Source: an uncultured Acidobacteriota bacterium (GTDB lineage: Bacteria; Acidobacteriota; Thermoanaerobaculia; Multivoradales; UBA5704). Taken from it: DNA of 64,000 nt. The DNA lies in assembly GCA_963770895.1 (NCBI GenBank), contig CAVYRF010000002.1, forward strand, positions 4,192,001 through 4,256,000, written 5' to 3'. The position numbers and the translations under genes are program-made. Shown here in pieces: positions 1 through 8,299 of this stretch (its first letter is position 1; each line of letters starts with the position of its first letter). The notes beneath the pieces were generated by a model, which did no database searches, was not told the DNA's origin, and saw only the letters and a list, made by a program, of their open reading frames with translations.

Positions 1-480
1 GATCACGACGGCGGCCTGGCGCATTTCCCGGAGGCGGAGATTCAGGTCGCTCGCGGCGAGATACGGATCGCGAGCGGCTGGTTGGGCCGCATGCGCGGGT
101 ACGTGCCCAACCGGTGGCCGACATGGTTCGACCCGGTGCCTCTGGACCTTGAAGCGCAGCCTTTTGGCCCGTTCGCCGCCGGCAAGCGCCTGACCCGGGC
201 GGGCGACGTGATCGCCGTCGCCACGCCGGGTCACACGGCAGATCACGTGTCCGTCCTGGTGCAGGAGGGAGAGACGACGTTCTTTCTGGCCGGCGATACC
301 TCGTACGACGACCGCTTGCTGCTCGATGGCGTCAGCGCGGACGACCGCGTTGCGGCCGCGACGCTGGACGCGATCCGGCATCTCGCCCGGTCTGGCCCGA
401 CGGTCTATCTGCCGACGCACGATCCCCAGGCCGCCACCCGGCTGGCGGGGCGTCAGGTGCTGCGCTGCACGGAGCCTTGA
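1..480 (+). CDS. MBL-fold metallo-hydrolase (N-acyl-homoserine lactonase-like), 5'-partial
   Basis: Frame 1 is open from the window edge: DHDGGLAHFP (end of HxHxDH), TPGHTADH, LAGD and PTHD motifs. Confidence 0.8.
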   Translation, partial: DHDGGLAHFPEAEIQVARGEIRIASGWLGRMRGYVPNRWPTWFDPVPLDLEAQPFGPFAAGKRLTRAGDVIAVATPGHTADHVSVLVQEGETTFFLAGDTSYDDRLLLDGVSADDRVAAATLDAIRHLARSGPTVYLPTHDPQAATRLAGRQVLRCTEP

Positions 481-603
481 CGATGGCATCCCTCGCGGTC
501 GACATAACATTGCGCCTGGATATCAACGGCTCCAGCCAGCGGCTCGCATGTGCGCCGCAGCAACTCCGCGCCGAGCTCCGGCGCAGCGCACAGACCGCGG
601 CGG

Positions 604-1032
604 CTATCGGGGGCGCGCAGGGTTCGGGGGGGCGGGCGCCAGTGCATCCAACCGGCGCAGGATCTCGGTAAGGCGGCGGTTCATCTCTTCGAGGTCCGTG
701 GCCGGTGAACGCGGCGCCGGGGTGCGAGCCGCCCCCGGCAGGCGGTTGGGGCCGGTCAGGGCGTCCAGCTGCTGGATCAGAGGGCTGCGCTGGTCGGTAT
801 CCTTGAAGACGATGCGGAACAGCTCCTGCGGGTAGAGGCCGATCACGCGGCAGATGTCGAGGATGTGGCGGAGCTTGAGGTCGAGCCTGCCGCTGAGCAG
901 GCGGCCCAGGTCGGTGCCGCAGCCCTCGTCCAGCAGGCGCTTTTCCACCTCGCGGCGACTCAAGCCCGACAGCTCGATGAAATGGCTGAGCGTCTCCCTG
1001 GTACGCTCGACTTCCGCCTTACTACCGCCCAT
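604..1032 (-). CDS. XRE-like helix-turn-helix transcriptional regulator
   Basis: SGLSRREVEKRL...LGRLLSGRLDLKLRHILDICRVIG resembles an HTH_XRE; C-terminal coiled segment; divergent from a second XRE gene. Confidence 0.7.
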   Translation of the reverse strand: MGGSKAEVERTRETLSHFIELSGLSRREVEKRLLDEGCGTDLGRLLSGRLDLKLRHILDICRVIGLYPQELFRIVFKDTDQRSPLIQQLDALTGPNRLPGAARTPAPRSPATDLEEMNRRLTEILRRLDALAPAPPNPARPR

Positions 1033-1072
1033 TGTGGGAGTGTATTGGAGCGCTACAAGCGGTAGCTAGATC

Positions 1073-1150
1073 TGGTCATTATTACCGCAGGCGTAGTATG
1101 TTTGGTGAGTTATCGCCATAATGATGTTTCCGGTGTCGGTAATATCGCCG
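1073..1150. promoter_or_regulatory. Three imperfect palindromic operator-like sites between divergent XRE genes
   Basis: TGGTCATTATTACCG (1073-1087), TGGTGAGTTATCGCCA (1103-1118), CGGTAATATCGCCG (1137-1150); shared half-site TATYRCC in an AT-richer spacer. Confidence 0.5.
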
Positions 1151-1170
1151 AGCTGGAAAGGGGGTAAAGG

Positions 1171-1413
1171 ATGAGCAGAGCCAAGGTCGAGGCTGATATC
1201 GGCAAGTGCTTGCGGGAGCTGCGGAAGTCGCTGGGCTGGAGCCAGGTCGAGCTGGCCCGGTCCGCCAGGATGTCCGCAACGGCCCTGTCCAGGATCGAAA
1301 CCGGCAGGCAGCGACCAGAGCCCGCCAGCCTGCGCCGCCTGCTCGGAACCATGGGTTATCCGGGTGACTCCTGGCGCCTGCTCGACCTCCTCATGCAGCG
1401 CGGTGTCCTCTAG
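1171..1413 (+). CDS. Small XRE/Cro-like HTH regulator
   Basis: LRELRKSLGWSQVELARSARMSATALSRIETGRQRP is a canonical HTH_3; purine-rich RBS upstream. Confidence 0.85.
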   Translation: MSRAKVEADIGKCLRELRKSLGWSQVELARSARMSATALSRIETGRQRPEPASLRRLLGTMGYPGDSWRLLDLLMQRGVL

Positions 1414-1441
1414 GCCGCTAGGCCGTCCTGCGCCGGACATC

Positions 1442-1467
1442 GCAGCCAGCGCAGACGAGCTGGCTGC
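1442..1467 (+). terminator. GC-rich hairpin after the XRE gene (possible terminator)
   Basis: GCAGCCAGC-N8-GCTGGCTGC perfect 9-bp stem; weak U-tract. Confidence 0.3.
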
Positions 1468-1515
1468 CTTGCGGGCGCTTCAGGTCCACGAGGAAATCGG
1501 AGAAGATGAAGAACC

Positions 1516-1734
1516 ATGGACACCGATGCCATCGGAGCCGTCGAGGTTATCGACGACGAGATGGCGCGTATCCTGCGCGCCATGACCTGCGCCGATCGCC
1601 TGCGCATCGCGAGCGGCATGTACGCCGCGGCACGACGAATGCTCTTGAGCAGCCTCGCGGCGGAACACCCTGAATGGGAACCGGGGCGGGTGCAGGACGA
1701 AACCGCGAGGAGACTGTCGCATGGAGCAGGATGA
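1516..1734 (+). CDS. Putative antitoxin (Rv0078B/MenA1-like small helical protein)
   Basis: 72 aa, LRAMTxADRLR...HPEW...RRL pattern; overlaps the downstream nucleotidyltransferase gene. Confidence 0.6.
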   Translation: MDTDAIGAVEVIDDEMARILRAMTCADRLRIASGMYAAARRMLLSSLAAEHPEWEPGRVQDETARRLSHGAG

Positions 1735-2284
1735 GCTGCTCCGGTTTGCCGTCGAAGCCCTGCACCATCTCCGCCTGCGCTACCTCGTGACCGGCTCCAT
1801 TGCCACCGTGCTGTATGGCGAGCCCCGATTCACCAACGATATCGACCTGGTGGTCATCCTTGGCGCGGACCGGATCCAGGATCTGTGCCGCTCGTTTCCT
1901 CAGCCCGAGTTCTACGTCAGCCCGGAATCCGTGCGGCAGGCGGTGGAGCGGCGAGGCCAGTTCAATATCATCCATCCCGCCTCCGGCCTCAAGCTGGACA
2001 TCATGGTGCCCGCGGAAACGCCCTTCAACCGTGAGCGGTTCGAGCGGGCAAGACAGGTCAGGCTGCTGCCTGACCTTGATGTCAGCGTCGCCGCGCCGGA
2101 AGACGTCATCATCAAGAAGATGGAGTACTACCTTGCGGGCGGCTCCGACAAACACTTGCGAGACATCGCGGGCATTCTCAAAGTCAGCCCTGACCAGGTA
2201 GACCGGACCTACATTGCTGAGTGGTCGGAACGCCTCGGTCTTAGCCAGGTCTGGTCGGCGCTGGCGCGGCGAGTGCCGCCATAG
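1721..2284 (+). CDS. Nucleotidyltransferase toxin, MenT1 (Rv0078A)-like
   Basis: TGSIA...GEPRFTNDIDLVV (Pol-beta GS/DxD), LLPDLDVSVAAPEDVIIKK, KHLRDI. Confidence 0.7.
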   Translation: MEQDELLRFAVEALHHLRLRYLVTGSIATVLYGEPRFTNDIDLVVILGADRIQDLCRSFPQPEFYVSPESVRQAVERRGQFNIIHPASGLKLDIMVPAETPFNRERFERARQVRLLPDLDVSVAAPEDVIIKKMEYYLAGGSDKHLRDIAGILKVSPDQVDRTYIAEWSERLGLSQVWSALARRVPP

Positions 2285-2296
2285 GCTCCGATGCGG

Positions 2297-4540
2297 TCAG
2301 GTGGCGCGGTCGAGGAGGCTGGCGGCGACGATGAGGAGCTCTACGGGGTCTACGGGTTTGGGGGTGTGCATGTGGTAGCCGATGGAGAGGGCTTTGACGC
2401 GGTCTTCGGCGCTGGCGTGGGCGGTGAGGGCCAGGGCGACGGTCTGGCCGCCTTCGGCGGCGGGGAGGGCGCGGATGCGCTTCATGAGGCTGAAGCCGTC
2501 CTCTTCGGGCATGCCGATGTCGGAGATGAGGAGCTCGGGGCGCCAGGCGCGCAGGGTGTCGAAACCTTCCTGGGCTGAGTGGGCGATGCGGATGTCGGCA
2601 CCGGCGGCGCGCAGCAGCTCGCCGGCCCATTCGGCGTTGTCGGGTTCGTCGTCGACGATGAGGATGCGGCGCCGGCGCAGGTCCTGGCGCATCAGCAGGG
2701 GCTCGGCCAGGGAGAGGCCGGCGTTGGCGGCGCGGCGGGCGTTGGCCAGGTCGCCTGTGGAGCGGACGGGGAAGGCGACGGTGAAGGTGGCGCCGCGGCC
2801 TTCGCCTTCGCTGGCGACGTGGACGGTGCCGCCGTGGACCTCGACCAGCTGGCGGACGATGGCCAAGCCCAGCCCGAGGCCGCCGTGGCGGCGGGTGGTG
2901 CCGCTGTCGGCCTGCCAGAAGCGCTCGAAGACGTGCGGCAGGCGCTCGGGGGCGATGCCGACGCCCTGGTCGCTGACGACGATGTGCACCTTGTCGTCCC
3001 GGCGGAGGATGCCGACTTCGATGTGGCCGCCGCGGGGTGTGAACTTGATGGCGTTCGACAGCAGGTTCCAGACGATCTGCTGCAGGCGGTCGGGATCGGC
3101 GAAGATCGGCGCGATGTCGGGCCCTACGCTGAGGGTCATGGCGACGCCCTTGTCGGCCGCCGCCGGGCGCTGCGATTCGACGGCCGCCTCGGTGGTGTCG
3201 ACCGGATTGACTTCGGTGAACTGCATCTTGAGCTTGCCGGCGACGATGCGCGCGATGTCCAGGATGTCGTCGACGATCTTGGTCTGGGCGTGGGCGTTGC
3301 GCTCGATGACTTCGGCGGCGCGCGCGATGGTGGCGGCGTTGGGTTCGGTCGAGCGCAGGATGCCGGCCCAGCCCAGGATGGCGCCCAACGGCGTGCGCAG
3401 CTCGTGCGACACGGTGGCCAGGAAGCTGTCCTTGGCGCGGCTGGCGCTTTCGGCTTCGTAGCGCGCCTGCCGCTCCGCGGCCAGCAGGTGCTCGCGCTCC
3501 GCTTCGACCTGCTTGCGCTCGGTGACGTCGCGAAACACCAGCACGACGCCCAGCACCTTGCCGTCGGCGGCGCGGATCGGCGCCGCGCTGTCGTCGATCG
3601 GCGTTGCGGCGCCGTGGCGCGAGATCAGCAGTGTGTGGTTGGCCAAGCCGACCACCAGGCCTTCGCGCAGGGCGCGAAAGGCCGGATTTTCCACCTCGGC
3701 GCGGGTGTATTCGTTGACGATGTGGAACACCTCGCCGACCGGCCTGCCGACGGCTTCGTGGACGCGCCAGCCGGTGAGCCGCGCGGTCACCGCGTTGACG
3801 AACCGGATGATGCCGTCGCTGTCGGTCGCCAGCACGCCGTCGCCGATGCTGGCGAGCGTCGTGGACAGCCATTCCTGCTGCTCCAGCATCTCCCGGTCGT
3901 GGCGGGCGCGTTCGTCGGCGATGCGGTGCGCCAGAAACCAGACCGCGGCCAGGACGCCCAGGGCGACGGCGTTGGCGAACACGAAGGCAAACGCCGCGGC
4001 GTGCTGGCCAGCCACCACCCGGGCGCCGCGCAGACCGGCCAGCCGCTGTTCTTCCTGCCGCATGACGGCGAACAGGTTGCGAGTCTCGATGTCGACCTGC
4101 TCTTCGCGGCCGCTCGCCATGAGCCTTGCCGCGGTTTCCGCCTGGTGGCGCCGATAGAGATCGACACTTTCGGCGAGCAGCTGCAAGCGGGCGGCGATCA
4201 GCTGGTGGAGCTGGGGAAAGCGGGGCTGCTGGCGGGGATTGTCCACCGTCAGGCGCTGCGCCTGCGCCACCTCATCCCAGATCCTGCTCCGCGCCGCACC
4301 GTAGGTGACGACGTCGTTGGGGCGCCCGGTCACGATGTAGTCCTGCACCGCCCCGTCGGCATCCAGCAGCAGCGACTGGCAGGTGCCGAGGTGGGCCAGC
4401 ACCTCGTAGGTGTGGGCGTTCCACAGGTTGGCGTGGATCATCGAGCGCAACGCCCATCCCTCCCACAGCGCGTTGAGCGCCAGGACGAACAGCGAAGCGA
4501 TCAACGTCACCACCAGGCGGCGCTCGGTGCGCGTAGGCAT
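2297..4540 (-). CDS. Hybrid sensor histidine kinase (CHASE3-PAS-HisKA-HATPase-REC)
   Basis: Two TM helices flanking a CHASE3-like region; PAS; FLATVSHELRTPL H-box; NLLSNAIKFT; GLGLGLAI; REC with LISDIGMP. Confidence 0.92.
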   Translation of the reverse strand: MPTRTERRLVVTLIASLFVLALNALWEGWALRSMIHANLWNAHTYEVLAHLGTCQSLLLDADGAVQDYIVTGRPNDVVTYGAARSRIWDEVAQAQRLTVDNPRQQPRFPQLHQLIAARLQLLAESVDLYRRHQAETAARLMASGREEQVDIETRNLFAVMRQEEQRLAGLRGARVVAGQHAAAFAFVFANAVALGVLAAVWFLAHRIADERARHDREMLEQQEWLSTTLASIGDGVLATDSDGIIRFVNAVTARLTGWRVHEAVGRPVGEVFHIVNEYTRAEVENPAFRALREGLVVGLANHTLLISRHGAATPIDDSAAPIRAADGKVLGVVLVFRDVTERKQVEAEREHLLAAERQARYEAESASRAKDSFLATVSHELRTPLGAILGWAGILRSTEPNAATIARAAEVIERNAHAQTKIVDDILDIARIVAGKLKMQFTEVNPVDTTEAAVESQRPAAADKGVAMTLSVGPDIAPIFADPDRLQQIVWNLLSNAIKFTPRGGHIEVGILRRDDKVHIVVSDQGVGIAPERLPHVFERFWQADSGTTRRHGGLGLGLAIVRQLVEVHGGTVHVASEGEGRGATFTVAFPVRSTGDLANARRAANAGLSLAEPLLMRQDLRRRRILIVDDEPDNAEWAGELLRAAGADIRIAHSAQEGFDTLRAWRPELLISDIGMPEEDGFSLMKRIRALPAAEGGQTVALALTAHASAEDRVKALSIGYHMHTPKPVDPVELLIVAASLLDRAT

Positions 4541-4830
4541 GCGGTCAGCTCTCCTTCGCGGACGGACGGGGGAGCGCAGCCGGTCGCCGGAGGCGGGGGG
4601 CGGGCCGGTGCCTGAGGCCGCCGGCCGCCACGCCTCCGGGCCGGGCGCGCGCTGACCCTACGGTAACGCAGAGGCGGCAGGCGTTTCCAGACGTTGCAAA
4701 GAAGGCGCGCGGGCGTCGCGGCGATTGTAAACAGCGGCCTTGCGGCCCGCCGCCGCGCGCTTTGCGGCGCCGGGCTTTCCTGTACACTCTCGCAGTTTCT
4801 GCACCGGCCCCCCACCAGGAGGAAGGACGC

Positions 4831-6840
4831 ATGGACCAGCCCGACGTCAGGTCGCTGCCGGACAACGCCTACCAGCCGCTTGCCGCCGGTGAGACGTATG
4901 CGCCGGCGGTCCCGGCCGCGGCGTCCGGCCCGGAGGTCACCGTGCGGTCGGTCGGCTGGGGCCTGCTGTTGTGCGTGCTGTTCAGCGTCGCCTCGGCCTA
5001 TTCGGGCCTCAAGGTGGGCCAGGTGATGGAGGCGTCGATCCCCATCTCGATCCTGGCCATCGGCCTGGCGCGGGCGTTCCGGCGCCGCTCGACGCTGCTC
5101 GAAAACGTCATCCTGACCAACATCGGCGGCACTTCGGGCGGCCTGCTGGCGGGCGCGATCTTCACCCTGCCGGCGCTCTACATTCTGAATCTGGATCCGC
5201 ATCCGCTGCAGACCACGTTGATCCTGCTGGCGGGCGGCTGCCTGGGCGTCTTCTTCCTGATCCCGCTGCGCCGCTATTTCGTGCGCGAGATGCACGGCCG
5301 CTTCCCGTACCCCGAGGCGACGGCGATCACCGAAGTGCTGGTGACCGGCGAAAAGGGCGGGTCGCAGGCGCGCCTGCTGCTGCAGGCGACCGCCATCGCG
5401 GGGGTCTACGACTTCCTGGTCACCACCTTTCACGTCTGGCAGGAGACGCTCGATTTCCAGTTCGTGCCCGTCGTGCGGGCGGCCGCCGAGCGGGCGCGGG
5501 CGGTGCTGCGCTTCGACGCCATCTCCTTCATCCTCGGCCTGGGCTACGTCATGGGTCTGCGCCCGACGATGATCCTGTGCGCCGGCGGCGTGCTGGCCAA
5601 CCTGGTGTTGGTGCCGCTCATCTGGATGATCGGCCGCCACGCCCAGGGGCTGGTGGTCTATCCCGGCACGGTGCCGATCGCGGCGATGGACGCGGCGGCG
5701 ATCTTTCGCAACTACGTGCGCTTCATCGGCGTCGGCGCCATCGCCACCGCCGGCATCGTCGGCATCCTGAAGTCGTTGCGCATCGTCGCCGGCTCCTTCG
5801 CCATCGCCGCGCGGTCGTTCCGCCGCGCCGACGCCAACGCCGCCGCCGCCGGCCAGGAGCGCACCGACCGCGACCTGCCGGTGAGCTTCATCCTGGGCGG
5901 GGTGGTGCTCACCACGGTGGCCGCCGGAGCGTTCTTCACCACCCTTGCCGGGTCGCTTTTGGCCGTCGGGGTGGGGCTCGCGCTGATGCTGGTGTTTTCG
6001 TTCTTCTTCGCGTCGGTGGCGGCCAACGCCATCGCCACCGTCGGGCGCAATCCGGTTTCGGGCATGACGATGCTGACGATCATCGTGTCGTCGGTGGTGC
6101 TGCTGCGCTTCGGCGTCTCCGGGACCAGCGGCATGTTCTTCGTCATGGCGATCGCCGGCATGGTGTGCACGGCGCTGTCGGTGTCGGGGCAGACGATCAC
6201 CGACCTCAAGACCGGCTACTGGCTGGGGTCGACGCCGGCCTCCCAGGAGGGGGTCAAGTTCCTGGGCATCCTGGTTTCGTCGGTGGCGGCGGCGCTGACC
6301 ATCGTGATGCTGGCCAAGACGTTCCAGTTCGGCGAAGCGATTCCGGGTGACGCGCGGGTGGTCCTGGCGGCGCCGCAGGCGTCGATCATGAAGGCGCTGG
6401 TGGCCGGCTTCATGAGCCGCCAGCCGGTGGCCTACATCCTGTTCGGCGCCGGGGCGATGCTGACGCTGACCATGGAGATGCTGGGCGCGCCGGCGCTGAT
6501 CTTCGCGCTGGGGATGTACCTGCCGCTGGAGCTCAACTCGCCGGCGCTGGCCGGCGGCTTCCTGGCCGAGTACCTGGGCCGCCGCGCCCAACGCCTGGGC
6601 GGCGAGGCGGGGCGCGGCGTGCGCGAGCGCGGCGTCATCGTCGCTTCGGGCCTGATGGCCGGCGGCGCGCTGGGCGGCGTCCTGGGCGCCGCGCTGCGGC
6701 TCTTCCCCTGGTACCGCGAGGACCTGGTCGCGACGCCGTTCTACGGCAACGCGCCGGTGTCGCAGGTGGTGTCGCTGGCGATGTTCGGCGGTCTCTGCCT
6801 CTACCAGTGGTTCGCCGCGGTCGGCCGCCGGCGCGCTTGA
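4831..6840 (+). CDS. OPT-family oligopeptide transporter
   Basis: AYSGLKVG, YPEATA, NPVSGMT, DLKTGYWLGSTP and APQA motifs; many TM helices; RBS AGGAGG before ATG 4831. Confidence 0.92.
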   Translation: MDQPDVRSLPDNAYQPLAAGETYAPAVPAAASGPEVTVRSVGWGLLLCVLFSVASAYSGLKVGQVMEASIPISILAIGLARAFRRRSTLLENVILTNIGGTSGGLLAGAIFTLPALYILNLDPHPLQTTLILLAGGCLGVFFLIPLRRYFVREMHGRFPYPEATAITEVLVTGEKGGSQARLLLQATAIAGVYDFLVTTFHVWQETLDFQFVPVVRAAAERARAVLRFDAISFILGLGYVMGLRPTMILCAGGVLANLVLVPLIWMIGRHAQGLVVYPGTVPIAAMDAAAIFRNYVRFIGVGAIATAGIVGILKSLRIVAGSFAIAARSFRRADANAAAAGQERTDRDLPVSFILGGVVLTTVAAGAFFTTLAGSLLAVGVGLALMLVFSFFFASVAANAIATVGRNPVSGMTMLTIIVSSVVLLRFGVSGTSGMFFVMAIAGMVCTALSVSGQTITDLKTGYWLGSTPASQEGVKFLGILVSSVAAALTIVMLAKTFQFGEAIPGDARVVLAAPQASIMKALVAGFMSRQPVAYILFGAGAMLTLTMEMLGAPALIFALGMYLPLELNSPALAGGFLAEYLGRRAQRLGGEAGRGVRERGVIVASGLMAGGALGGVLGAALRLFPWYREDLVATPFYGNAPVSQVVSLAMFGGLCLYQWFAAVGRRRA

Positions 6841-6868
6841 ACCGGCCTCTTCGACCAGACCGCGGCGC

Positions 6869-8131
6869 TCAGGCGGTGGCCTGCTCTTCCCAGACGCGGG
6901 CCAGCTGGACGATGAGCTGGACGGCCATTTCCATGTCGGCGATCGACACCCATTCGAGGCGAGAGTGGAAGTTCTGCTCGCCGGCAAAGAGGTTGGGCGT
7001 GGGCAGCCCCATGAAGCTCAGCTTGGAGCCGTCGGTGCCGCCGCGGATGGCGCGTTCGCGCGGCTCGATCCCGATGCGGCGCATGGCTTCGCGGGCGCGC
7101 TCGACGACCTGCGGGTGGTGGTCCAGAACCTCGCGCATGTTGCGATAGCTCTCTTCGATCCTGGTCTGCAAGGAGGCTCCCGGCCAGGCGCCGACGGTGT
7201 CGCCGGCCAGGCGCACCAGCATGTCCTCCTTCTCCTTGAGGCCGGCGGTCTGAAAGTCGCGCAGCAGCAGCTTGACCGCCGTCGCTTCGACACTGGCGCT
7301 GACCACGTAGGGGTGGACGTAGCCCTGGTAGCCGTCCGTGGTCTCGGGGGAGAGGCCGTCCTTGGGCAGGCGCGAGATGAAATCGGCGGCGACCTTGATC
7401 GAGTTGACCATCGTCCCCTTGGCATAGCCGGGATGGGTGTTGCGGCCCTGGAAGGTGACGGTCAGCGCGTCGGCGGAGAAGCTTTCATATTCCAGCTCGC
7501 CGCGGGCGCCGCCGTCCATGGTGTAGGCGCACAGGGCGCCGAACTTCGCCACGTCGAAGTAGCGGGTGCCGGCCCCGACCTCCTCGTCGGGGGTGAAGGC
7601 GACGCGGATCGCGCCGTGCGGGATGTGAGGATGGGTCACCAGGTATTCGACGGCGGCCATGATCTCCGCCACCCCCGCCTTGTTGTCGGCACCCAGCAGG
7701 GTGGCGCCCGAGGCGGTGATGATGTCGTCGCCGATGCGCTCGCGCAGGTAGGGGATGTCGGCCGGGCGCAGCACCGCCCCCGGCGCGTCCGGCAGCACCA
7801 GGTCCTGTCCCTGGTAGTTGCGGTGGACCAGCGGCTTGACGCCTTCGCCGCTCATTTCGGGCGACGTATCGACGTGGGCGACGAAGCCGATGACCGGCAC
7901 CCCGGTCTTGGCCGTGGTGGCCGGCACGGTGGCCGTGACGTAGCCGTGCTGATCGATCGCGGCGTCGGCCAGGCCCAGCTGGCGCAGCTCGTCGACCAGC
8001 AGGCGCAGCAGGACCAGCTGCTTGTCGGTGCTGGGATAGGTGGTCGACGTTTCGCTCGACTGGGTATCGAACGTCACGTAGCGCAGGAATCGCTCGGCGC
8101 AGCTGGTGGTTGGAAACGGCGGTTCGGGCAT
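6869..8131 (-). CDS. pepT: Peptidase T (M20B tripeptide aminopeptidase)
   Basis: ERFLRYV.FDTQS, AHVDTSP, LLGADNKAG, FTPDEEVG, IRGGTDG, NFHSRLEW; start reassigned to ATG 8131. Confidence 0.95.
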   Translation of the reverse strand: MPEPPFPTTSCAERFLRYVTFDTQSSETSTTYPSTDKQLVLLRLLVDELRQLGLADAAIDQHGYVTATVPATTAKTGVPVIGFVAHVDTSPEMSGEGVKPLVHRNYQGQDLVLPDAPGAVLRPADIPYLRERIGDDIITASGATLLGADNKAGVAEIMAAVEYLVTHPHIPHGAIRVAFTPDEEVGAGTRYFDVAKFGALCAYTMDGGARGELEYESFSADALTVTFQGRNTHPGYAKGTMVNSIKVAADFISRLPKDGLSPETTDGYQGYVHPYVVSASVEATAVKLLLRDFQTAGLKEKEDMLVRLAGDTVGAWPGASLQTRIEESYRNMREVLDHHPQVVERAREAMRRIGIEPRERAIRGGTDGSKLSFMGLPTPNLFAGEQNFHSRLEWVSIADMEMAVQLIVQLARVWEEQATA

Positions 8132-8299
8132 GGCGTCGGGGTCCTCGGCAGGGTTGTCCGTCGTCGTCGGTTGGCGGCGAAAGGCCTTTGGGCGGCCATC
8201 CTGGTACTCTACTACCGAGAGCGCGGCGACGATGCGGTGGCGGGTTGGGAGGCGGGCCGGGCCGTGGTTCCGGCGGTGGCCGGCAGATAGGAGACGACG

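Noticed and set aside
604-2284. Prophage or ICE
   Set aside because: Only regulators and a TA pair; no integrase, replication, structural genes or att repeats in the window.
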